A DNA stretch of 64,000 nt. Source: a virus. The notes under the pieces are model-generated. The model did no database searches and had not been told where the DNA came from. It saw nothing but the letters and a program-made list of their open reading frames with translations. Each line of letters begins with the position of its first letter. Position 1 is the first letter of the stretch. Positions 19,373 through 27,764 of this stretch are shown piece by piece. The stretch lies in IMG/VR virus record IMGVR_UViG_3300018063_000001, positions 1 to 64,000 of that record, one strand, 5' to 3'. The position numbers and the translations under genes were made by a program.

Positions 19373-19947
19373 GTAACCCCTGGCTTCCCTATCTCGTAAC
19401 TGAATACATAAAACAACTTAAGCCCCAACGGGTATTCGAGTGGGGGAGTGGGGAGAGTACGCTGTTTTGGTTTGAGATAGGAGTACCTTATCTGAGGTCA
19501 GTAGAACATGACTCAGACTGGTACTTCAAAGTTGAGAAGCAACTAATTGAGTTACACACGCAGGGTTATCATTTAATACCTTTCGAGGATGGTACAATTG
19601 GCTCTAATCCTGCCAACCCTATCTACTACAAGAGCGCCTCAACTGAATTAGGTGAAGTCAATTTCAAGCGGTATGCCTCATTTATAGATGAGTTTGAAGG
19701 TAACAAATTTGACCTCATCCTCATAGACGGCATGGCCCGTGCATCCTGTCTCTACCATGCCGCAAGTCACGTTGCCGAAAACGGTTGCATAGTACTGGAT
19801 AATGCCGAACGAGAGTATTACATGCAAAATGTAGCTTTCTTATTTGAGGGATGGGAGCGGATATTGCTTGAGGGATACGGGCCGATATTGGATTATCAAT
19901 GGAAAACGCTGATATTGATAAATAAACGGAAGAGGCATTATGAGTAA
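19369..19947 (+). CDS. Class I SAM-dependent methyltransferase-like protein, copy 3 (different subfamily)
   Basis: VFEWGSGESTLFW (motif I), VEHD, LILIDGMAR, IVLDNAERE. TTG start overlaps the upstream stop. Confidence 0.5.
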   Translation: MSNPWLPYLVTEYIKQLKPQRVFEWGSGESTLFWFEIGVPYLRSVEHDSDWYFKVEKQLIELHTQGYHLIPFEDGTIGSNPANPIYYKSASTELGEVNFKRYASFIDEFEGNKFDLILIDGMARASCLYHAASHVAENGCIVLDNAEREYYMQNVAFLFEGWERILLEGYGPILDYQWKTLILINKRKRHYE

Positions 19948-20140
19948 CCTAGCTGAAACAAAAGCCATTGAATTATGGAAACGTTGTCTCAACCGACGCG
20001 GATTCCCGTATGCGATTGAAAGTCTAGGTATGGAGCGGTGTTTCTTTTGTGATAAATATGCTGGTATTCACGCGGAGAATTGCATTTATATCGCTGCTAA
20101 AGAACTCGTTAGCTTGGATGAAAAAGACGAATTAGGATGA
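19940..20140 (+). CDS. Hypothetical protein
   Basis: Overlaps both neighbours. No motif. Confidence 0.45.
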   Translation: MSNLAETKAIELWKRCLNRRGFPYAIESLGMERCFFCDKYAGIHAENCIYIAAKELVSLDEKDELG

Positions 20141-20697
20141 ATGAATTTACCTTACGCGCCCTAGCCCAGCAAGCCCTACTCGATTCTGTCTACCCCTCCC
20201 TCCTATTCCCTCCCTCGCCTTACTACCGCTTTCTCAAACGCCTGGCAGAACATCTACAGCCTGGCTTATCCGTTGTTCTCGGAGTTTGCGGCGGTGGATG
20301 CTGCTTGCACTTGGCACTAGGGAATCCGCAAGGCAGAGTTGTCGGTGTGGATTTCGCTTACGATCACGACGAACAGATAAAACACATCTATAGCGTGTGT
20401 CCCAACTTCACCTTCTGGCATGGCGATTCCGTATTCGATGTAGGCCAGATAGTCAGCGATTTTGGTAAGCCTCAAATTGTGTTTGTGGATACGACGCATA
20501 CCTACCATCAAACTATGACAGAGTTTAACACGTGGTGTGATTATCTGGCCGATGATTGGATTATGTGCTTTGATGATTTATTCAGGCCGGGTATGGAACA
20601 AGCGTGGAATGAATTACCAAGTCCAAAGGTGAGGCTTGATGCGTTGCATACAGGCGCGGAAGAAGGGGGAGGGTTTGGGGTGGTATGGACGAGTTAA
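20137..20697 (+). CDS. Class I SAM-dependent methyltransferase (CmcI-like), copy 4
   Basis: SVVLGVCGGGCCLHLA, VVGVDF, IVFVDTTHTY, IMCFDDL. Confidence 0.6.
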   Translation: MNEFTLRALAQQALLDSVYPSLLFPPSPYYRFLKRLAEHLQPGLSVVLGVCGGGCCLHLALGNPQGRVVGVDFAYDHDEQIKHIYSVCPNFTFWHGDSVFDVGQIVSDFGKPQIVFVDTTHTYHQTMTEFNTWCDYLADDWIMCFDDLFRPGMEQAWNELPSPKVRLDALHTGAEEGGGFGVVWTS

Positions 20698-20909
20698 GGC
20701 GAGAAAGTAACTTAGATGACTTAAAGGAATTAGATAATACTAAAGTATGGGTTGACCAAATGATAAGTGGCGACTTAAAAGAGGCTATTAACTTGTTCAT
20801 CTGGCGTTGGGGACATCCTCAATTGACATTAGCGCAAGCTGAGAAAATATCAGTAGATATGTTTAACATGCTAGCTGAGACATATACAGATAAATGGACA
20901 TCTCAATAG
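20685..20909 (+). CDS. Hypothetical protein
   Basis: Overlaps both neighbours. No motif. Confidence 0.45.
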   Translation: MDELRRESNLDDLKELDNTKVWVDQMISGDLKEAINLFIWRWGHPQLTLAQAEKISVDMFNMLAETYTDKWTSQ

Positions 20910-22711
20910 TAACCGGCACTTACAACCGACTCCGCTCCTTGCAACGCATGGTAAACTCTACTAGACGTTCATTCATTGGCTTGCACGGCCTCGCCTACCA
21001 GGTGGTAATCACGGATGGCGGCTCACAGGATGGCACTCAGGAATGGTGTTTAGCGCAACCTGATATACACCTGATAGAACACGGTAGCTTGCTAGGCGCT
21101 GTCAAGGCGTTTAACGATGGTGCGTTTGCTGCTAGTGGCGAGTATGTTATTCTGGCTAACGATGATATAGAGTTTGTAGGCGATTCTGTTTTAACTGCTT
21201 ATGTCTATATGCAAGCCAATAACGATTGTGGCATAGGGTGCTTCTACCAGAATCGCAATGGACGCGATTGGCATGTTGAGGAAATGCCGTGCGTAGATGA
21301 CGAGCAACAGGTATCACGGCCTTACGGTCAGGTGTGTATTGTTCCGCGCTGGTTAGGTGATTATGTCGGCTGGTGGTACAGGGAGAGTGATTATGAAAAT
21401 AGAGGAATTGAACCTAGATTAGAGAATGGTGTATGGACATACCTACATACCTATGGGGGCGATAATGAGCTATCGGCTAAAGTATATGAGTTGGGATTCA
21501 AGGTATCGCCTGTACCAAATGCTAAGATAGCCGATCATGAGTTACAGGATGATTTGCGTAAAATAAATAATTTGGGACATGGTGGTGATCCAAGGAAGTA
21601 TCGTGGTCATCATCCTGACTCGTGGAATTGGGGTAGACGTTGGAAACATATGGATATGTCACCTCAATACGTCGGCCCCATCGTTCGCCACTTTCCCCTA
21701 ATGGAGAATCCCACACCTAAAAAGCAGCGGGTAGTTTACCTGCCAATTTACGAGCAAGGATACCCCATTCAAAAGGAACAAAAGCGCGGCTTACGCGAGG
21801 CGCTAGCTAAAGTTGCTGTAGTGGCTGAGTATGATTATGTTTCGCGCTTTGCTGAGGTAGGTAAAGATAGGATGCTAATTGAGTTAAGGACGACTATAGA
21901 GAGAATCCAGCCAACTATCCTCCTAACTCAATTACACAACGGCACTGAGATAAACGCAACGGATATTCAGGCGCTTGGCAACAACTGGCCTGATATGAAG
22001 CGAGTCAATTGGAATGGCGATTTCTGGCCTGAGAACTTACTGAGTGAAGACGGTATCAAACTAGCTAAAGCTTTCAATCTACAACTAACGGTGAATCGAG
22101 ATGCGCTGGACAAGTACAAAACAATGGGTGTTATGGCTGAATATTGGCAGATTGGCTATGAGCCTGACGGTTTATGTGATGAAGTTCACGATTCTAGTGA
22201 TATTGTTTTTCTTGCCAGCGGTTATAGTAAGGCAAGGCAAGAACTTGTTAAGCAGTTACGCTCACTTAATCTCAGTTTTTCTCTCTACGGTAACGGCTGG
22301 CCTAAAGGCTGGACAAGCGGAGACACTTTATACAATTTTAGCGAAGGCTGTAGAATCTACCGAGGCGCAAAAATAAGCATCGGCGATTCCCAATGGCCTG
22401 ATACCGGCTTTGTGTCTAATCGCGTTTTTCAGGCTTTAGTTGCTGGCGGTTCAGCGTTGGCACATCAGTGGTTCAGGGATATGGATAAACTAGGCTTAGT
22501 CGATGGTGAGACGTGTATCATCTGGCGTGATTTTGCTGAGTTAGAAAAGAAGATTAGGTACTACCTTGCGCGCGAGAAAGAACGTAAGATTATAGCCGAT
22601 GCTGGTGAGAAGTTGGCACTTAAACGTCATTCGTTTGATGTGCGAGTACAGGAATTGCTAGGGATGTTGGATGGTGAGAAGGTGGCAATGGAGGATGGCT
22701 GGCGATGGTAA
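20894..22711 (+). CDS. Two-domain glycosyltransferase (N-terminal GT2, C-terminal GT-B / CgeB-like)
   Basis: ISIVTGTYNR...VVITDGGSQDGT...VILANDDIEF is a GT2 N-terminus. The C-terminal 200 aa (GNGWP...SNRVFQALVAGG...RHSFDVRV) resemble CgeB/GT1-type domains and the paralogues at 9981 and 18557. Confidence 0.65.
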   Translation: MDISIVTGTYNRLRSLQRMVNSTRRSFIGLHGLAYQVVITDGGSQDGTQEWCLAQPDIHLIEHGSLLGAVKAFNDGAFAASGEYVILANDDIEFVGDSVLTAYVYMQANNDCGIGCFYQNRNGRDWHVEEMPCVDDEQQVSRPYGQVCIVPRWLGDYVGWWYRESDYENRGIEPRLENGVWTYLHTYGGDNELSAKVYELGFKVSPVPNAKIADHELQDDLRKINNLGHGGDPRKYRGHHPDSWNWGRRWKHMDMSPQYVGPIVRHFPLMENPTPKKQRVVYLPIYEQGYPIQKEQKRGLREALAKVAVVAEYDYVSRFAEVGKDRMLIELRTTIERIQPTILLTQLHNGTEINATDIQALGNNWPDMKRVNWNGDFWPENLLSEDGIKLAKAFNLQLTVNRDALDKYKTMGVMAEYWQIGYEPDGLCDEVHDSSDIVFLASGYSKARQELVKQLRSLNLSFSLYGNGWPKGWTSGDTLYNFSEGCRIYRGAKISIGDSQWPDTGFVSNRVFQALVAGGSALAHQWFRDMDKLGLVDGETCIIWRDFAELEKKIRYYLAREKERKIIADAGEKLALKRHSFDVRVQELLGMLDGEKVAMEDGWRW

Positions 22712-22935
22712 TGAATTATGCAGTGTCGGTTCTGAAAAAGGCAGCTTATGAACTTGGTGGCGAAATCTTATCAGACCAAGCATTTGAGATACATGTTGAA
22801 TCGGCTGACGAAATCTCAAAAATGGCTTATCAGATATTAACTGGTAGTTTCACAGAAAAGGCCAAAGGCGAAAAGTTAGATAGATTCATTGAATTATTGA
22901 AAGCTATGAGCGTACTAAGTGAACATACCCAATAA
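22705..22935 (+). CDS. Hypothetical protein
   Basis: In-operon ORF. No motif. Confidence 0.45.
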   Translation: MVMNYAVSVLKKAAYELGGEILSDQAFEIHVESADEISKMAYQILTGSFTEKAKGEKLDRFIELLKAMSVLSEHTQ

Positions 22936-23356
22936 CCTCTACTATCAAATTATTTCATCCTTCCCTATCGCCTGCGTAGATGTAGCCATTATCGCCAGAG
23001 GCAGTGTCCTCCTAGTCAAGCGCAACGACCTACCCGCTAAAGGTGAATGGTGGTCTCCAGGTGGTAGGGTTTACAAAGGCGAGTTGATGAAGGAAACGGC
23101 TAAGCGTAAAGCATTAGAGGAAGTGGGAATCGAGTGTCACGTCGGGCCGATTATTCACACGGCTGAGACTATTTTTCCAGACGGGCCAAATGGGATTCCA
23201 GTTCACAGTATCAATTCGTGCTTTATGCTTTATCCTGTGGGTGATTTTACGGTTAGGCTAGACAGTCATCACGATTCGTATGAGTGGATTAACCATATTT
23301 ATGAAGGATTACACCCGTATGTGGTTAAGTGCTTATTAGGTGCGGGTATTGAATGA
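22919..23356 (+). CDS. Nudix hydrolase
   Basis: GGRVYKGELMKETAKRKALEEVGI matches the Nudix box Gx5Ex7REUxEExGU with a single E-to-K deviation. Confidence 0.8.
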   Translation: MNIPNNLYYQIISSFPIACVDVAIIARGSVLLVKRNDLPAKGEWWSPGGRVYKGELMKETAKRKALEEVGIECHVGPIIHTAETIFPDGPNGIPVHSINSCFMLYPVGDFTVRLDSHHDSYEWINHIYEGLHPYVVKCLLGAGIE

Positions 23357-23376
23357 TACTCGGTTAGGTGGTATAA

Positions 23377-23607
23377 TTGGTTAGCGGTGAATTTTTTGCA
23401 TCTTACCCGGCCAGAGAACAAGGGATATGGTGTTCAACCTGCCTAGAATCCACAGACCAAATTGCCGGCATAGTAGTTAATTATAGAGGCATCATTCGTG
23501 CTTATACGTGTAAGGTATGTCAATCCAGAACCTATGCCAAAGATGAAGATAATCCATTTGAGGAAATTAACGAAAAGTTAGATAAGATACTTCGTAAGTT
23601 TGGCTAA
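23377..23607 (+). CDS. Small Cys-rich protein
   Basis: CSTC...CKVC zinc-ribbon spacing. TTG/GTG-type start. Confidence 0.4.
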   Translation: MVSGEFFASYPAREQGIWCSTCLESTDQIAGIVVNYRGIIRAYTCKVCQSRTYAKDEDNPFEEINEKLDKILRKFG

Positions 23608-23631
23608 GATGTATAGCTAAAAACACCTAAT

Positions 23632-23689
23632 AAGCCTTTTCGTCATCTGACTAGCGGCGCAATCTCATAAGATTCGTCGCTTTTTGTTT
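23632..23689 (+). promoter_or_regulatory. Conserved leader cassette, copy 2
   Basis: AAGCCTTTTCGTCAT is identical to copy 3. Hairpin AGCGGCGCAATCT (23653-23665) pairs with AGATTCGTCGCT (23670-23681), followed by TTTTTGTTT. GGAG RBS and ATGCC at 23699. Confidence 0.6.
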
Positions 23690-23698
23690 GGAGTCAAC

Positions 23699-24301
23699 AT
23701 GCCTGACAAAGTAACAACCTATCAATCCGTAGAGTTCTCCCGCATGGAGTCGGGTCAGATTGAACGGGAACGCGCGGGTAATCGGGTACAATTAGAGGAT
23801 AATACTGGACAGCCCTATACGGCATTAAGTAGTTTACCTGTTGCTTCGCTCGCTTTAGGTGCGCTGACTGACTCAGAGGCATTGACTGGCAACGGCTCAA
23901 TGATTGCTTTACTCAAAGCATTGCGTAGCCTTACCACTGACCTAAAGTCTTTACTTGGTGGTACACTTACCACATCTGGAAATCTACAACCCAACGTATT
24001 CAAGCCACTTTCGGCGCTTGATATTTCATCGGAGGCTACACTTTGGACTCCAACAGCGGGTACAAAGTTTCGTCTAATGGGTGGATTGCTATCAGTCACA
24101 GGTGCGGCGGGTAGTGTGACCCTAAAAGATGGTAATAGCGGAGCAACTATATTCAGTATACCTAATGCGGTTGTTGGAACGGCTTTATCGTTTAATTTAG
24201 GTGATGGAATATTAAGCGCAGCGGCTAACAACAATCTAAGGGCATTAGGGGGAGCGTTGCAAATTATGAATGGGACGGTCTGGGGAAGAGAGAGCGCCTG
24301 A
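23699..24301 (+). CDS. Virion-associated hypothetical protein (beta-rich, Gly/Ala/Ser/Thr-rich)
   Basis: ATG at 23699 with a GGAG RBS is preferred over the TTG at 23684. Stop overlaps the start of a GT2 gene (TGATG). Confidence 0.45.
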   Translation: MPDKVTTYQSVEFSRMESGQIERERAGNRVQLEDNTGQPYTALSSLPVASLALGALTDSEALTGNGSMIALLKALRSLTTDLKSLLGGTLTTSGNLQPNVFKPLSALDISSEATLWTPTAGTKFRLMGGLLSVTGAAGSVTLKDGNSGATIFSIPNAVVGTALSFNLGDGILSAAANNNLRALGGALQIMNGTVWGRESA

Positions 24302-25428
24302 TGATTAGTATTATTACCCCTGCTTACATAGACACTATCGAAAAATTAGAATGGCTAAACGAGATGGTATCATCCGTTCGTGTCCAAACTATGACCGATT
24401 GGGAACTCATCATTATGGATGATACCTCACCTATGCCGATTAACTTACATGACTCTGACCCCAGAGTCCGCACCTTGCGAATGGTGAATCGTACTGGCCC
24501 GGCCCTATGCCGTAATACCGCCGTAGCTCTGGCTAGATACCAAGCTATCCTACCCATTGACGCTGATGACGTGTTACCATCAAATGAAGTCCTGAATAAG
24601 CTTTATCAAGCTTGGCTGGATGACCGAACAAAGATTGTGTATGGTGACTTGCAACGCCTAGAAGTATTTGAAGGTAATTGGCGACGTGGCAGGATACACG
24701 AATTACCTGAGTACAAATTCACGCGGCCTGATTTTGGTATAAACGGCACGGTGCTAGACCCGGCTGGTACTATACCCGTAACTGCCTTACACTCAATCGA
24801 ATGTCATCACAAGGCCGGTGGCTGGAAAGCTGAATTAGAGTTCGGTTTGGAAGATGTTGAGTATTGGGTAGCGGCCGGCAAGGGTGGCTGCTGCGGCAAG
24901 CACGTAGACATAATTGCGCTGCTTTATCGTAAGCATGAAGAGAGTCGTAGTTCTCTTCTCAGACGAAACAAACAAGAAACAAGCATGCGGAATCGCATCC
25001 GCCAGATGCATCAGGATGTATATGAAGGGAGATATCCCATGGGATGTTGCGGAGGTGGTGCGTCCTATGTACCACCCGAAAGTTATAATCAAGCAAATAT
25101 TTCAGCGCCACTTACTTTAGATATGTATCCAGCCAGTGAGAAGGTGTGGGTTGAATATGTCGGGAATCGGCAAGGTAGTTTTGGCGCGGTAGGGCAGTTT
25201 ACTAACGTTGCCTATACGGTAGACGGGCCGGGGCATAAGATAGAGGTACACGTTAGCGACTTGCCCAAGTTTAGACAGTCAGGACGTGGGATAGATTTCA
25301 AGGTAGGTGTACCAGCGCCTAATGGCTATGCGCCACCCGTTGTAACTGGCCCGAAACCGTTTGAGGCACAAGCGCCTGAGCTAGCACAGATTCTACAGTT
25401 GGATGAGGTGGCACTTGCTGGCAATTAA
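24301..25428 (+). CDS. Glycosyltransferase family 2 with C-terminal extension
   Basis: ISIITPAY...WELIIMDDTS...LPIDADDVL are GT2 hallmarks. Embedded among structural genes. Confidence 0.7.
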   Translation: MISIITPAYIDTIEKLEWLNEMVSSVRVQTMTDWELIIMDDTSPMPINLHDSDPRVRTLRMVNRTGPALCRNTAVALARYQAILPIDADDVLPSNEVLNKLYQAWLDDRTKIVYGDLQRLEVFEGNWRRGRIHELPEYKFTRPDFGINGTVLDPAGTIPVTALHSIECHHKAGGWKAELEFGLEDVEYWVAAGKGGCCGKHVDIIALLYRKHEESRSSLLRRNKQETSMRNRIRQMHQDVYEGRYPMGCCGGGASYVPPESYNQANISAPLTLDMYPASEKVWVEYVGNRQGSFGAVGQFTNVAYTVDGPGHKIEVHVSDLPKFRQSGRGIDFKVGVPAPNGYAPPVVTGPKPFEAQAPELAQILQLDEVALAGN

Positions 25429-25569
25429 AGGCAAAGCACAGTATAAAGAGTTTCGCAAAGATAGCTGGCCCCTATGCCCTAGCTGTGGACGGTGATAAGC
25501 CAACATTAGAGAAGTTTATCGATAGCAATGTTACTGGTGTCAGTGGCATAGTTCGGAGATGAGGTTTTA

Positions 25570-25860
25570 ATGGTGGATACTAACATAATCAATTGGGATT
25601 ATAACCCTAACCACAAATCTAATATTGTTGAGGTAATGCATTCTATATGGCAGGCTATGAAGAGACACGCTGAGGAAGAAGAACGCAAGTCAAAAGACCC
25701 CGACTATGAGTACCAACGTGTCCATATTGCCAGCCGTGAAATAGCCGAAATGATGCTGTCACCTGATACGCCACTAGAAATCAAGCGGCAATTGGAATGG
25801 GCTACATTTACGGGTTATCAATGGGTTTATGTTGGGAGTGGTGATAATGGGCCGCTCTGA
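25570..25860 (+). CDS. Hypothetical (head-tail region)
   Basis: In-operon ORF. No motif. Confidence 0.45.
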   Translation: MVDTNIINWDYNPNHKSNIVEVMHSIWQAMKRHAEEEERKSKDPDYEYQRVHIASREIAEMMLSPDTPLEIKRQLEWATFTGYQWVYVGSGDNGPL

Positions 25861-27031
25861 TACGATTACGATTCTACCTATGGATTTATATTCAAAAATA
25901 ATGCAGCTTCACCCTTCGCATTTCAATGGCATGAACAGTGCCAAAGCGCCGATGCGTCAAGGGTGCGATGAAGTATGGGATCAGGACGCCAGAGACTTGT
26001 TAGCCTGGACTATGCAACAGGCAGAACAACTCATAGCTATCGAATTGGGATTCCAGCCTGCACCAGCATTCGTAACTAACGAGCGAATCCCATTCGCCTT
26101 AACCGGTGTTAGAAGTGATTGGCTAAATGCCGAATTAGAGACGGCTTACGGCTATGTTGAGTCCTACGGCACTGAAACTTTAACGCTTGTGCAAGCCGGC
26201 GCCACCGTTGAATATCTCGACTTGGATAACGATCCAAACGAAAGAGAAGAAACGGCTGAAATTGGCAACCTTATCTATGATGATTTAGGTGCTTGTGCTG
26301 ACCCGTGCAATGTGGCTGTGTTTTTTCGAGTAGCTGACGGTGCTGAAGATGCGGCTGATTCGCGGTGGGAAATCAGGCCGATTAAAGTTGATATTGACGG
26401 CTCTACTATGCGAATTAGGGCAGAGAGTAGCCTATTCGTGCGTCCTGAATTGTGGGATTTAACCCGGCTGGATTGTCTCGGTTCAGGCGATCCTAACCTG
26501 TGGCGTAGAGATTTTTCTTTAACCAACTTGGTATCTAACGTGGATGTCTATTGTCGCACTGTGAACACGACTCTACCTGCTACCCTGCTATGGGATGGCC
26601 GTTGTCGCTGTACTGGCACGTGTAGCCATGAGACGCAAACGGCATGCGCTTACGAGACCGACCTTAAACACGGATTTTTTATACCGCGTCCTGCTAGTGG
26701 TGCTAACGTAGAATCCGCTCCTACCTGGTGGAAGCCACCGGAAGCGGTACGAGTAAATTACCGTGCTGGATTCCCACTTGACCAGAATTGTCGCATGAAT
26801 GCGAATCTAGAACGCGCTATCGTTAAGCTAACCAATGTCCTGCTACCTGAACCACCGTGCAACTTTTGCGATGCGGCAAAAGTAAGATGGGATAAGGATA
26901 GAAAATTCATTGACCCGCTCACGCCGGAAGCGGCCTCTATGCCGTGGGATTTGTACAGCATGGGTGCGTTAGAGGCGTGGCGAATTGTGAAGCGGTACGC
27001 AATGGGTAGAGGGGGGAAGATGGGAAGATGA
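25847..27031 (+). CDS. Structural-module hypothetical protein (Cys-rich)
   Basis: ATG at 25847 lies downstream of a GGGAG. 394 aa. Position suggests a head-tail joining or structural role. Confidence 0.45.
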   Translation: MGRSDTITILPMDLYSKIMQLHPSHFNGMNSAKAPMRQGCDEVWDQDARDLLAWTMQQAEQLIAIELGFQPAPAFVTNERIPFALTGVRSDWLNAELETAYGYVESYGTETLTLVQAGATVEYLDLDNDPNEREETAEIGNLIYDDLGACADPCNVAVFFRVADGAEDAADSRWEIRPIKVDIDGSTMRIRAESSLFVRPELWDLTRLDCLGSGDPNLWRRDFSLTNLVSNVDVYCRTVNTTLPATLLWDGRCRCTGTCSHETQTACAYETDLKHGFFIPRPASGANVESAPTWWKPPEAVRVNYRAGFPLDQNCRMNANLERAIVKLTNVLLPEPPCNFCDAAKVRWDKDRKFIDPLTPEAASMPWDLYSMGALEAWRIVKRYAMGRGGKMGR

Positions 27032-27129
27032 TAATAGTTTTCGGATTAGTAATAATCGGTATCATTGAAATAACCCTGATTATTCGTGCTATAAGATATT
27101 ATGCCAGGTTCAGACATTGGGATAGATAG
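27028..27129 (+). CDS. Small membrane peptide (33 aa)
   Basis: ATGA overlap with the upstream stop. IIVFGLVIIGIIEITLII TM segment. Confidence 0.3.
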   Translation: MIIVFGLVIIGIIEITLIIRAIRYYARFRHWDR

Positions 27130-27173
27130 ACAAGCAAGCAATTTTATGTTACAATGTACCTAGTTAAATAAAC

Positions 27174-27233
27174 AAGCCTTTTCGTCATTAGACCAGCGGC
27201 GCAGATTCTATCTGTGACCGCTGTTTTTATTTT
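27174..27233 (+). promoter_or_regulatory. Conserved leader cassette, copy 3
   Basis: AAGCCTTTTCGTCAT box. Stem CAGCGG (27194-27199) pairs with CCGCTG (27218-27223), with an inner CAGA/TCTG stem. TTTTTATTTT runs directly into ATGCC at 27234 with no SD. Confidence 0.6.
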
Positions 27234-27761
27234 ATGCCTATCCTACTTCGGAATATCCGTTCAAAGAAACGCAAAGCTGAAATACTTAATCTTGACTACT
27301 TAGCACGTAAGGCGCTAGAAGCGGCGCTAAAAAGTCAGGTAGCACCTGTCTTAATCAAGTCTCACAATCTAGTCGTAGCTGATTGGAAAAACAAGCCGAC
27401 GTTTGAAACGCGCATCGCTGTCAGACCAGAAAAGATAAGTATGACCGTGTTTCCATCAGGTGATAATGCTGGCATTTACGAGATAGTAGACCAGGGGAGT
27501 CCACCGCATATTATCAAGCCAGTGAAAGCTGAGTTTTTGGTATTTAGAACGGGATACCAGCCTAAGACTCTAGCACGACCAGCCAGAACGGTATCAGGCG
27601 GCGGTAAGACTACAGGGCCGTTAGTATTCGCTAAGTTAGTACACCATCCCGGCAGCGAAGGTCGGTTTTTCTCCAGGCAAATTGCAGAGGACATTAAACC
27701 AGATTTCAAACGAATAATTGACAATACATTTAAGAAAGTGTCTAAGCAATTAGAGGAGTAA
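27234..27761 (+). CDS. Tail-module hypothetical protein
   Basis: 175-aa ORF upstream of the putative major tail protein. No motif. Confidence 0.45.
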   Translation: MPILLRNIRSKKRKAEILNLDYLARKALEAALKSQVAPVLIKSHNLVVADWKNKPTFETRIAVRPEKISMTVFPSGDNAGIYEIVDQGSPPHIIKPVKAEFLVFRTGYQPKTLARPARTVSGGGKTTGPLVFAKLVHHPGSEGRFFSRQIAEDIKPDFKRIIDNTFKKVSKQLEE

Positions 27762-27764
27762 GCA

